DNA of 51,355 bases from sequence record SRR31156797_647; one strand, given 5' to 3'. Of the stretch, positions 38,350-47,502 are shown one piece after another (within the stretch, counting starts at the first letter, position 1; each line of letters starts with the position of its first letter). Position numbers and translations under genes: made by a program. A model generated the notes under the pieces. The model had not been told where the DNA came from. It saw only the letters and a list, made by a program, of their open reading frames with translations, and did no database searches.

Positions 38350-39021
38350 TTATTGTTGAAGAAGCCTGATAAGCTTTCGTTTGTTTAGGATTTTTATGTC
38401 TCTTCTATTGGTTTCAATAAGTCCTTCTTGTTCCATTTCTTTAAGACTACGTGCAAAGGATGGTCTTGTAACACCAAAAAATTGTGCCATTTCAGATTGC
38501 GATTTAGGCAGAGTAATTTCTGTTTTATCGGGCGCAGCTAGTTTTAATAGATAGTTAGCCAACTTTCCTTTAATGGTTTTAAAGTTTAAAAACATGAGTT
38601 TATTAGCTAAAAATTGACTTCTATTCGAAATTAAATTCAGGTAATTGATGAGAAAAGTTTTATTATCCTGAAAAAGATCTACAACAGAAGCTTTTGCTAA
38701 TGAAAAAATCTCCACATTATCATTTGCGGTTACATTTACCGGGAATTGATTTCTCTGACCAAATAAAAATGCAGAAGCAATAGGATAGGGTGCCATAATA
38801 TCCTCAATTTTAATGCTTTTTCCTGATGGGTCAAGCATTTCTCCTTTTACGCTGCCTTGTAACACTATCATTAAATTTTCGCACCTGTCTTCCCTAAAGG
38901 CAACCATATCGCCTTTTGTATATTTTTTAATTTGATATTGAGCATTATTAAGAAGTATTTCCAGTTCTTCAGGATTTATCCCTCTGAAGACTGGCGATTG
39001 AGATAGTTGTTGATAGAGCAT
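38350..39021 (-). CDS. Crp/Fnr-family regulator, HcpR-like
   Basis: cNMP-fold domain plus HTH with GVTRPSFAR recognition helix, adjacent to fprA. ATG at 39021. Confidence 0.85.
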   Translation of the reverse strand: MLYQQLSQSPVFRGINPEELEILLNNAQYQIKKYTKGDMVAFREDRCENLMIVLQGSVKGEMLDPSGKSIKIEDIMAPYPIASAFLFGQRNQFPVNVTANDNVEIFSLAKASVVDLFQDNKTFLINYLNLISNRSQFLANKLMFLNFKTIKGKLANYLLKLAAPDKTEITLPKSQSEMAQFFGVTRPSFARSLKEMEQEGLIETNRRDIKILNKRKLIRLLQQ

Positions 39022-39154
39022 TACTGTTGTCTTAAATATTTCCTCAATAATAAGGCTTTCCAATCAATCTTCAAATAGTAAAAGAGGAAATTGTCTTTTT
39101 ATTTAATGAATGAGTTATTTGAATAAAAAAGATACTCATTTACTCTTTAATTAT

Positions 39155-40390
39155 TTATACCATTTTCAATAAATTTCTTCTAAAGCTAATAACAGCAATT
39201 GTAGTTAGAATAGCACCAATGCCTAATAAAATTAGCATTTTAGGAAGAATATCTATTAGTGGCAATTGTCTCCAGAAAATATCGAAAAAACCTTCCATAG
39301 CCCAGTAGTTTACTGAAACAACAGCAAGCTTTTTCATGATTGCTGGCATAAAAAACAAAGGCATCATACTGCCACCAAGAGCTGAAATAAGTAGAATAAC
39401 CAAGGTTGATAAACTTTCTACTTGTTTTCTGCTTTTACAAACAGATGCCATAAAAATTCCAAAACTAGAACAGGCGATTGCAGCACAAACAATCATAAGA
39501 ACAAGTGCAGGAAGATTAATAAATATATCTAATCCCAACGCTAACCACGCATAAAGAAACATTACAGTAAGTTGTAAAATTGCCATAAAAAGAGTGGAGA
39601 GCATTTTTCCATATAAGATTCCTGAAGGACTAACCGGAGCAACAAGTAATCGTCTAAATGTACCTTCCTCTTTCTCTTTAAGAAGGGAAGCACCACTTGC
39701 TGATACACTAAATAGAAGCATCATGATTGCAATTCCGGCAATGGCTTGAACCAATCCCAGATTTCCATTCTTTTTTTCACCCACTAGCGCTGTCATTGGT
39801 AATTCAGAATTTTCTTCTATTTCCGAAGATTCATCTGAATTGTTGAATCCTTCGAATTGCTCTGCAACTTGTGCCTGAATGTCTTTGATTTCAGATTCTG
39901 CTAAATCTGGATTCTTCTCTTTTATCCAGGTGTTGACTTTGCCTTTGATTCCCTTTTTCATGGTTACGCCAAAAAGGTTCGACCATAAAGCTTGTTGAAG
40001 TAATCCTATTTCTATTTCTTTGGCTTCGTCGTAAAACAATTCCATTGGAACCTTTTTTCCAGTTTCAACAGAGTCCTGAAATCCTTTGTAAAGAACCAAA
40101 ACAGCACTGTTTTTCCCTTTTTTTACTAGTTTTTCAGCTTCTGAGTATGTTTTGGTAATTAACTGAAGACCTTTTTCATTATTCAGTGTTGTGTAAACTT
40201 CTTTCGACAGTTCAGTATTATCCTGATCTGAGAATAGCAATGAAATTGGACGTGATTCTTTAGATTTACCAATGCCTCCATACATTAAGGCAAAAATTGT
40301 CATTAACGCTATTGGAAGAAGAATTGATAGAAAAACAGCAGTTTTATCCTTAAAATATTGTTTGATGTCTTTGAGTGCTATAGTAAACAT
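39155..40390 (-). CDS. ABC-2 exporter permease
   Basis: One TM, large loop, then five TMs; EKEEGTFRRL..AP and LGGSMMP motifs. Confidence 0.88.
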   Translation of the reverse strand: MFTIALKDIKQYFKDKTAVFLSILLPIALMTIFALMYGGIGKSKESRPISLLFSDQDNTELSKEVYTTLNNEKGLQLITKTYSEAEKLVKKGKNSAVLVLYKGFQDSVETGKKVPMELFYDEAKEIEIGLLQQALWSNLFGVTMKKGIKGKVNTWIKEKNPDLAESEIKDIQAQVAEQFEGFNNSDESSEIEENSELPMTALVGEKKNGNLGLVQAIAGIAIMMLLFSVSASGASLLKEKEEGTFRRLLVAPVSPSGILYGKMLSTLFMAILQLTVMFLYAWLALGLDIFINLPALVLMIVCAAIACSSFGIFMASVCKSRKQVESLSTLVILLISALGGSMMPLFFMPAIMKKLAVVSVNYWAMEGFFDIFWRQLPLIDILPKMLILLGIGAILTTIAVISFRRNLLKMV

Positions 40391-40415
40391 GAGATGTGGA
40401 TTTTTGGATGGATAG

Positions 40416-41342
40416 TTAGTCTCTTAATGATTTTCCGGTTAATTCAAGGAAGATACTTTCTAGACTTAAGCTGCGAATATCTATTTTGTCTAGTAGAATA
40501 TTCGAGTTCGCACAAGCTTGTATTAGTTCTGGAAGATTGGCATTAGCTTGAGATGATGAAAAAATCATATTGTTCTCTTGAATTTGTAGCTGTGTTTTGT
40601 ATTTTTCTTGTAAATCGTTCAAATCAGACTTTTCAGGATTTAGAAATTTCATGTGAATCTCCTCCTTAATCGTTGATGCTTTTTTTAATTGATCCAAACT
40701 TCCTTCAGCAATTATTTTACCTTCATCAATAATTCCAATTCTATCACACAGTCTCTCGGCTTCTTCCATATAATGTGTTGTGTAAATCATTGTTAGTCCG
40801 CGGGAATGAAGTTCTTCAATTACTTCAAAAATCAGATTCCTACTTTGAGGATCGATGCCTACAGTTGGCTCATCCATAAAAACAATTTCGGGCTCGTGAA
40901 GTAGTGCAGCAGCGATATTAATTCTACGTTTCATTCCTCCAGAGTAGGTTTTTATTTTATGATTCTTTCGCTCAGAAAGACCAAGGAATTCTAATAGTTC
41001 ATTCGACTTATTTTGAAGCCTACGTCCTTTAATTCCATACATAGTTCCCCAAAACTTAAGGTTTTCTTCAGCAGTTAAGTCTTCATAAAGGGCAATTTCC
41101 TGGGGAACAACACCAATTAATTTTTTACAACTAGAAAGGTTTTTATACAGTGATTTTCCATTATATAGAATTTCTCCTGTATCGGGTTTTAATAAAGAAC
41201 TTAAAATGCTAATTGTGGTTGTTTTACCAGCACCATTTGGTCCTAGCATTCCATACAATTCACCTGTTTGAATTTTTAAATTAACATCAGATAGAGCTTT
41301 TACTTCTTTATATGATTTGCTGAGGTTTTTAGCAATGAGCAT
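40416..41342 (-). CDS. ABC-2 exporter ATP-binding protein
   Basis: GPNGAGKT, YSGGMKRR, DEPTVGID and TTHYMEE motifs. Confidence 0.93.
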   Translation of the reverse strand: MLIAKNLSKSYKEVKALSDVNLKIQTGELYGMLGPNGAGKTTTISILSSLLKPDTGEILYNGKSLYKNLSSCKKLIGVVPQEIALYEDLTAEENLKFWGTMYGIKGRRLQNKSNELLEFLGLSERKNHKIKTYSGGMKRRINIAAALLHEPEIVFMDEPTVGIDPQSRNLIFEVIEELHSRGLTMIYTTHYMEEAERLCDRIGIIDEGKIIAEGSLDQLKKASTIKEEIHMKFLNPEKSDLNDLQEKYKTQLQIQENNMIFSSSQANANLPELIQACANSNILLDKIDIRSLSLESIFLELTGKSLRD

Positions 41343-41407
41343 AGGAATAGTGGGTTAGTTTTAAATCAAAAACTAATTTAGGCAACTTTAAGTAAAATAA
41401 AAAGTAA

Positions 41408-43696
41408 TTAACGAAGAAGTGCTACGTTTCCTTTTTTTAGAATAGATCGACCATCTAAATAGGTTACTTCCAAAACATAAATGTAAACATCTATATCCTG
41501 CAATTCACCTTTGAAAAAACCATCCCATCCAGTATTTATACTCTTGGTTTCAAATAGTTTTTGCCCAAGCCTGTTGTAAATAATAAGGGTAGCTTCCTTA
41601 AAATCGGAACCTCTAATGAATAATTTATCATTGTGCCCGTCTCCATTAGGAGAGAAAGCTTTTGGTAAGCCAACAAAAGGATAATCTTCTACAAATCCTA
41701 CTTCAATACTATCTTTTGCGGTACAATTGAATTCGTTGTTTACTTCCACCCAGTAAATTCCTTCTGTATTGACAGATATTTTCTGAGTGATTTCACCTGT
41801 AGACCATGTGTAAAAACAGTTTGGCGTTCCTGCATCAAGAACGATTCCTTTATCAGGATAGGAAATCAGATCTTTTCCCAAATTTACTTCGGGAACAGGT
41901 AGTACTTCAAGGTCAATGCAACTTGTTTCAATATTGCCATTGGCATCACTTACTTCAACACAGTATTCTCCATCTTCTTTTAAATAAATTTCAGGTGAGT
42001 ATTGATTTAAATTAACCCAGTTGTAGGTAAGAGGATAAACTGGATTACCTTCAATCTGTGCAGTAATAAAAGCGGAATCGCCCTGACATATGGATCGGTC
42101 TTCGCCAAGAAATACTCCAAATTTTTGTCCATGTTTGTAATCTACAATAATAGTATCTTTATTCGAGCAGCCGTACTGATCTGAAACCTCAACAACAAAT
42201 ACACCACCGCTATTAATTGTAATTGTCTGAGTGGTTTCTCCATTGTTCCAAATGTAATCTGCTCCAGGATTTTGAGCATCTAAAACAGTTGTTTCTCCAT
42301 CCCAAAGAATCAAATCAGCACCTAAATCAATAATAGGATTCATGTGATAAGATATTTCAGTTTTGGCAGATTTTTTAAAGCCATCAGGATCGGTAACTAT
42401 AAGCTGATAAATACCTTCGGTATCAATCGGAATTGTTGATTCGGTTGAGCCTGTATTCCATTCATAAGTGTAATCTTGATCTATGGATAGACTTGGACTA
42501 AGTGACATTTTTTCTTCGCCACACATGTGAATTACATCTGGTAATTCAAGCGTGAAAAGATCTTCAGATGATTTAAATTTAAAGGATTTGCTAGTGGAGC
42601 ATCCTTGGGAAGATGTTTTTGTTACCGAATAGTCTCCAGATTTAGTGAAAGAATTGTAGCTATTAGTTGAACCATCACTCCAAAGGTAGGTGCATTCATT
42701 GGAATATATACTTATCGTATTTTCATCCTCTTCAAATGTTAAATAATCAGGAATATTTATTTCAGGGGATTTGACCTTTACCACCTGAACATTTGCTTTT
42801 ACAACTTGCTCATCAGTTAAATCGGTTACAGTTAGTTCGTAATTTCCTTGTTCGGATATATGAATCTCTTTGCTAGTAGCATCGGTATTCCATTTGAACG
42901 AATAGTCAGAAGGAAGATCAATTTCAGCTTGAAGTGTAATTTCATCTCCTTCACAAATGTACTTGGTATCACCTAAATCTACCTGAAACGATTTTACAAT
43001 TTCTACTCCAGCATAAATGGTATCGCTATTACACCCGAAAGCATCTGTTTCAATTAATTTTAAAATATGGTTTCCCTCTTTATCTGGCCATTTTAATTTA
43101 AGATCAATTTCTTTGTTGTATGCTGAAACCTCATTTTTATCATGAACCAATTTTGCACCATCAGGAAGTATAAATGAGTAGGATGAGTTTTTACCAATTA
43201 GAGCGGAATAGTTTTGTGTTGATTTTGTTTTCGCTTTCGGATAATAATCTTCTATTTCAGGAGCTGCAAGAGGTAAAACCTGAATGGTTGCAGATTCAGC
43301 TCCCTTTTCGATAGTAAGTGGCGTTAAATCTTCCAGCCAGGCTTCTTTTAATTCTAAAGTATAATCTTGAATTCTGTTGCTGAAATTTCTTAAGAAAAAA
43401 GAGATTTCATATTCTGAGTCCTCAATACCTTTATCTCCATTCAAAATCATTGCAGGACTGTTATTAATAGAGTAACTAACAAACCATTTTTTATTTTTTG
43501 GACCTTTAATGAGAAGTTTTATTTCTTGAGCCGACTCAACAATGCCATTATTTGCCGAGCAATACATAACTTGATAATCGGAATCTATTTTAACATGATC
43601 GGTTTGTGCAAGTAGCAAAAAGGGCGAATTCAGAAGAGTAAGAATTACAATAATTCTTTTGATTAAAGTACTAAATATGTTATTTGCATCTATCAT
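41408..43696 (-). CDS. T9SS type-B CTD (gliding-motility-associated C-terminal domain) surface protein with six Ig-like repeats
   Basis: C-terminal AFSPNGDGHND...IYNRLG...GWDG...KKGNVALLR; six repeats of about 70 aa with pattern LG.D..C...Y.W..G....I....G.Y.V.V. Confidence 0.88.
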   Translation of the reverse strand: MIDANNIFSTLIKRIIVILTLLNSPFLLLAQTDHVKIDSDYQVMYCSANNGIVESAQEIKLLIKGPKNKKWFVSYSINNSPAMILNGDKGIEDSEYEISFFLRNFSNRIQDYTLELKEAWLEDLTPLTIEKGAESATIQVLPLAAPEIEDYYPKAKTKSTQNYSALIGKNSSYSFILPDGAKLVHDKNEVSAYNKEIDLKLKWPDKEGNHILKLIETDAFGCNSDTIYAGVEIVKSFQVDLGDTKYICEGDEITLQAEIDLPSDYSFKWNTDATSKEIHISEQGNYELTVTDLTDEQVVKANVQVVKVKSPEINIPDYLTFEEDENTISIYSNECTYLWSDGSTNSYNSFTKSGDYSVTKTSSQGCSTSKSFKFKSSEDLFTLELPDVIHMCGEEKMSLSPSLSIDQDYTYEWNTGSTESTIPIDTEGIYQLIVTDPDGFKKSAKTEISYHMNPIIDLGADLILWDGETTVLDAQNPGADYIWNNGETTQTITINSGGVFVVEVSDQYGCSNKDTIIVDYKHGQKFGVFLGEDRSICQGDSAFITAQIEGNPVYPLTYNWVNLNQYSPEIYLKEDGEYCVEVSDANGNIETSCIDLEVLPVPEVNLGKDLISYPDKGIVLDAGTPNCFYTWSTGEITQKISVNTEGIYWVEVNNEFNCTAKDSIEVGFVEDYPFVGLPKAFSPNGDGHNDKLFIRGSDFKEATLIIYNRLGQKLFETKSINTGWDGFFKGELQDIDVYIYVLEVTYLDGRSILKKGNVALLR

Positions 43697-43889
43697 TCTG
43701 ATTGAAAATTGACTGATAATTTAAAAATATCGTGCTTTAATATCTGTTATAAATATACTTGAAAAAAAGCACAAATGAAATTTAATCAATATAAATAGCT
43801 GTTTAGGCATTTTAATTAAGCGTTTAGTCATATAAAAATGATTTTCTCATTGCTGAGTTTTTATCTGTTGTACGCAGAAAAATGAATAG

Positions 43890-43905
43890 TGTAACATCGG
43901 TTACA
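43890..43905 (+). promoter_or_regulatory. Crp/Fnr (HcpR-type) binding palindrome TGTAAC-N4-GTTACA
   Basis: Perfect palindrome TGTAACATCGGTTACA, 21 nt upstream of a -7 element. Confidence 0.75.
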
Positions 43906-43926
43906 GTTTTTTTTTCGGTCTAGATC

Positions 43927-43934
43927 TACATTTG
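43927..43934 (+). promoter_or_regulatory. -7 promoter element (TACATTTG)
   Basis: TAnnTTTG 31 nt upstream of the ATG at 43966. Confidence 0.7.
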
Positions 43935-43965
43935 TACCAAGAAATCATTAAAAATCTGTTTCAAG

Positions 43966-45255
43966 ATGGAGAATCAATATTTTAAAACCACAGATAGTTT
44001 ATTTGAGATTTGTACGAAGTATCCGGAAACGGTAAAAATTTTCGTATCAAACGGATTCAAGCAATTAGAGGACGAAAAGAAAAGAGCTTTGTTTGGGAAA
44101 TCACTTTCTCTGGAAGTTGCTCTTAAAATGAAAAAATTAAATGTGGAAACCTTTACCGATTTATTGGTTGAGGGGATTGATTCGAATCGAGGTCAGGTTG
44201 ATGGTGATTTAAATCAGAAGACGAAAGAACAAAAGGAAGATTCTGTGCACGTTCAAGGTTTATTGCCTTGTCCGGTTCGAGTTCCTTTGGTTGAGGGAAT
44301 TGATTCTTTTATTAAAGGATACGAGAAGGAGCACAAAAATGAAATCGTATATGATTTAAAGGCTGCTTCGATGGGATTGGATTGGTTGATCGATGATGTA
44401 ATCAATCAGGATAATGCAGATAATTTGGCAGATATCTTTATCTCAGCAGGTTTTGATTTGTTTTTTGACGAAAAGTTGATGGGAAAATTCAAGAAGCAGG
44501 GTGTTTTTAAGGACAGTACTGGTTTCGATCGTTTGAACAAAGATTTTGATAATGATGAAATTTGCTTGAAAGATCCTGAAGGACACTACTCTATGATTGG
44601 TGTTGTTCCAGCAGTTTTCCTTGTGAATAAGGATGAATTAGGTGACAGACCAGTTCCTCGTACCTGGGCAGATATCTTTAAACCAGAATTTAAAAGAAGT
44701 GTAAGTTTGCCAATTAGTGATTTCGATTTGTTTAACTCTATGTTACTTCATATCTACAAAGCATACGGAGAAGAGGGAGTAAGGGGATTAGGAGCTTGTT
44801 TGTTGGAAAGCATGCATCCTTCGCAAATGGTAAAATCCCATACTAAAAAGAATCAAAAACCTGCCATTACAATTATGCCATACTTCTTTACCAAAATGGT
44901 AAAAGTAGGAGGACCTATGATTGCAGTTTGGCCTGAAGATGGAGCAATTATCAGCCCGATTTTCATGTTGACTAAAGAGGATAGATTAGATAAAACACAG
45001 CCGGTTATCGATTTCTTTGCTTCGGAAGGTGTTGGTGAGATTCTTTCACACCAGGGATTGTTTCCAAGTATCAATCCAAAAGTAGACAACAGATTACCGG
45101 AAGAGAATAAATTCATGTGGTTAGGTTGGGATTACATCAATAGTAACGATATTGGTTCGTTAATTACAAAATGCGATGCTATCTTTAAAAAGTCCATACA
45201 GGATGAATCGTTTGCAAATATGGGACCTTTAAATTATTCTCCCAATAACGATTAA
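43966..45255 (+). CDS. substrate-binding-protein fold (AfuA/PotD-like) with an N-terminal DUF1858-like domain and no signal peptide
   Basis: PRTWADI and VWPEDGAIISP SBP motifs; LPCPVR; N-terminal EICTKYPETVKIFVSNGF; no hydrophobic leader or lipobox. Confidence 0.75.
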   Translation: MENQYFKTTDSLFEICTKYPETVKIFVSNGFKQLEDEKKRALFGKSLSLEVALKMKKLNVETFTDLLVEGIDSNRGQVDGDLNQKTKEQKEDSVHVQGLLPCPVRVPLVEGIDSFIKGYEKEHKNEIVYDLKAASMGLDWLIDDVINQDNADNLADIFISAGFDLFFDEKLMGKFKKQGVFKDSTGFDRLNKDFDNDEICLKDPEGHYSMIGVVPAVFLVNKDELGDRPVPRTWADIFKPEFKRSVSLPISDFDLFNSMLLHIYKAYGEEGVRGLGACLLESMHPSQMVKSHTKKNQKPAITIMPYFFTKMVKVGGPMIAVWPEDGAIISPIFMLTKEDRLDKTQPVIDFFASEGVGEILSHQGLFPSINPKVDNRLPEENKFMWLGWDYINSNDIGSLITKCDAIFKKSIQDESFANMGPLNYSPNND

Positions 45256-45288
45256 TTATTAAACACTAACAGAAAAACAAAACCAGAT

Positions 45289-45996
45289 ATGAACTTAGTT
45301 ACAGTTTCAGGACCTCCATCATCAGGAAAAACAGCGGTGATTTTGAAGACCATTGATTCGTTTCAGAAACGCGGATTGGAAGTTGGAGTCGTAAAATTTG
45401 ATTGTCTTTATACCGATGATGATATTTTATATGAGAAAGCAGGAGTTAAAGTGAAGAAAGGCTTATCTGGCTCTCTTTGTCCTGATCATTATTTCGTAAG
45501 TAATATCGAGGAAGTTACTCAGTGGGGAATTAAGGAAGGCTTGGATATTTTAATTACTGAGAGTGCAGGTTTGTGTAACCGTTGTTCTCCTTATGTGAAA
45601 AGTGTAACTGCAGTTTGTGTGATTGATAATCTAAGTGGTATCAATACACCAAAGAAAATCGGACCCATGTTGAAATCTGCAGATATTGTGATCATTACCA
45701 AAGGTGATATTGTTTCGCAAGCAGAGAGAGAAGTATTTGCATCGAGAGTGAATACAGTGAATCCTGGAGCAAGCATTATGCATGTAAATGGATTAACGGG
45801 GCAGGGAGCTTATGAGTTGAGTACTTTATTATACGATGAAAAAATTGAGGTGAAAACTTTAGTAGGTGAGAAGCTTCGATTCTCAATGCCATCGGCACTT
45901 TGTTCATACTGTTTAGGCGAAACCCGAATTGGTGAGAGTTACCAAATGGGTAATGTTCGTAAAATTGATATGGAAGATAAGAAGGGGAAAAAGTAA
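45289..45996 (+). CDS. G3E-family (HypB/UreG/CobW-like) Cys-rich GTPase
   Basis: GPPSSGKT, KFDC, LCPDH, ESAGLCNRC, TKGD and C-terminal LCSYC. Confidence 0.85.
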   Translation: MNLVTVSGPPSSGKTAVILKTIDSFQKRGLEVGVVKFDCLYTDDDILYEKAGVKVKKGLSGSLCPDHYFVSNIEEVTQWGIKEGLDILITESAGLCNRCSPYVKSVTAVCVIDNLSGINTPKKIGPMLKSADIVIITKGDIVSQAEREVFASRVNTVNPGASIMHVNGLTGQGAYELSTLLYDEKIEVKTLVGEKLRFSMPSALCSYCLGETRIGESYQMGNVRKIDMEDKKGKK

Positions 45997-46028
45997 TAAG
46001 GAGAAAGTAACAAATTCCAATTCACTTG

Positions 46029-46048
46029 CCATCTGCTTTAGCAGATGG
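46029..46048. repeat. REP-like intercistronic hairpin
   Basis: Perfect stem CCATCTGC-TTTA-GCAGATGG with no U tail on the coding strand. Confidence 0.5.
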
Positions 46049-46065
46049 ATTAAAAAAGCAACAAC

Positions 46066-47094
46066 ATGATCACAATACAAGATATACAAGATAAAACAAT
46101 TGCCGATTTGTTCGAGGAGTATCCATTTCTTCCAGGGTTTTTCGAAGAGAATACTTTGGAGGTTGATGGACAGATTAACGAAAAGTTGGATGATTTCCTT
46201 AATATTCTAGAGGACGAAGAAGAGAAGGAAAATCGTGCAATGGATAAGGTTCAGGTAATGAATTCTATGACAGAATACATTAGCCAAATGTTACAATTTT
46301 TGGGCGAAGATGAGGATGAAGGTGTAAATAGCATCACCTTATTGCCAGGAACAAATAAATCTGGAGAAAGAGAAGAGTTTGGTGAGTTAACCATTAATAA
46401 AAGTGAGATTGTTTGTATTGTAGGTCCTACAGGATCGGGAAAAAGTAGATTGTTAGCAGATATTGAGTGGGTAGCTCATAACGATACGCCAACATCAAGA
46501 ACCGTTTTAGTGAATGGTGAAAAAGGAGATAAGAAATGGCGTGTGACATCAGGTCATAAATTGGTAGCTCAGTTATCTCAGAACATGAACTTTGTTATGG
46601 ACCTTTCGGTTTATGAGTTTATTGAATTGCATGCGCAAAGTCGATTGGTTGAGGATGTGGAAGGCGTGATCATGAAGATTTTTGATCAGGCAAATAAGTT
46701 GGCTGGTGAGAAATTTAGTTTAGATACTCCAATTACCAGTTTGAGTGGAGGACAGTCGAGAGCCTTGATGATTGCAGATACAGCGATCTTAAGTAAGTCG
46801 CCAATTATCTTGATTGATGAGATTGAGAATGCTGGTATCGATCGTAAGAAAGCATTGGAATTGTTGGTAGGAGAAGAGAAAATTGTCTTAATGGCAACTC
46901 ACGATCCAATTCTGGCACTAATGGGTGACCGACGTATCGTAATTAAAAATGGTGGAATTCATAAAGTAATTGAAACCAGTGGAGAAGAGGAAAACCTATT
47001 ATCGGAACTGGAAAGAATGGATTCTGTAATACAGAACATGAGAACTCGTTTACGCCACGGAGAGATTATTCGTAAAGAAGACATTGGGTTTTAG
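46066..47094 (+). CDS. ABC-family ATPase with an N-terminal DUF1858-like extension; no cognate permease
   Basis: GPTGSGKS, LSGGQ, IILIDE and ATHD motifs; N-terminal TIADLFEEYPFLPGFFEEN. Confidence 0.85.
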   Translation: MITIQDIQDKTIADLFEEYPFLPGFFEENTLEVDGQINEKLDDFLNILEDEEEKENRAMDKVQVMNSMTEYISQMLQFLGEDEDEGVNSITLLPGTNKSGEREEFGELTINKSEIVCIVGPTGSGKSRLLADIEWVAHNDTPTSRTVLVNGEKGDKKWRVTSGHKLVAQLSQNMNFVMDLSVYEFIELHAQSRLVEDVEGVIMKIFDQANKLAGEKFSLDTPITSLSGGQSRALMIADTAILSKSPIILIDEIENAGIDRKKALELLVGEEKIVLMATHDPILALMGDRRIVIKNGGIHKVIETSGEEENLLSELERMDSVIQNMRTRLRHGEIIRKEDIGF

Positions 47095-47098
47095 TGTT

Positions 47099-47133
47099 GA
47101 ATTAAGAATTATCAATTAGAAATTAAGAATAAA
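47099..47133. repeat. degenerate heptamer tandem repeat
   Basis: GAATTAA GAATTAT CAATTAG AAATTAA GAATAAA. Confidence 0.5.
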
Positions 47134-47202
47134 AAAATAAAATCAGATTTTGAAATTGGAGGAGATCTTAAATTTCAAATCTATTAAAAGGAGGAAATAG
47201 TT

Positions 47203-47445
47203 ATGCATGACGGTTGCGCAGGAAGTTTCGAAAATGGACAACAAGTAGTTGACAAGGTAAGAATGATGGGTTTTGCTCAGCAATTGATGCCAATGCCTAT
47301 GGACATTGAGTGTCACGGATGTAAAGAAACCTTCACTATGGAAGAGTTCGAGGGACATTGCCCTAAATGTGATATGGTACACGGTGTAACACCTTGCCAT
47401 GCTTTCGATCCAAACAACATTATGGCTGCGGGTGTAGGATACTAG
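47203..47445 (+). CDS. small Cys/His-rich metal-binding protein (MHDGC start, CxxC...CxxC, TPCH)
   Basis: 80 aa; AAGGAGG at 47188-47194; CHGC and CPKC zinc-ribbon-like pair. Confidence 0.8.
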   Translation: MHDGCAGSFENGQQVVDKVRMMGFAQQLMPMPMDIECHGCKETFTMEEFEGHCPKCDMVHGVTPCHAFDPNNIMAAGVGY

Positions 47446-47498
47446 TAGTGACATGCCACGGCATGTCATTACGGATAAATGCCATGGCGTGTCCGTAC
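47445..47498. repeat. tandem GTAG-type REP palindromes
   Basis: GTAGTGACATGCC-AC-GGCATGTCATTAC followed by TACGGATAAATGCCATGGCGTGTCCGTAC. Confidence 0.65.
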
Positions 47499-47502
47499 AG
47501 AG

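Noticed and set aside
39155-41342. ABC-2 permease as the missing membrane partner of the 43966-47445 operon
   Set aside because: It is on the opposite strand, has exporter architecture, and already has its own ATPase.
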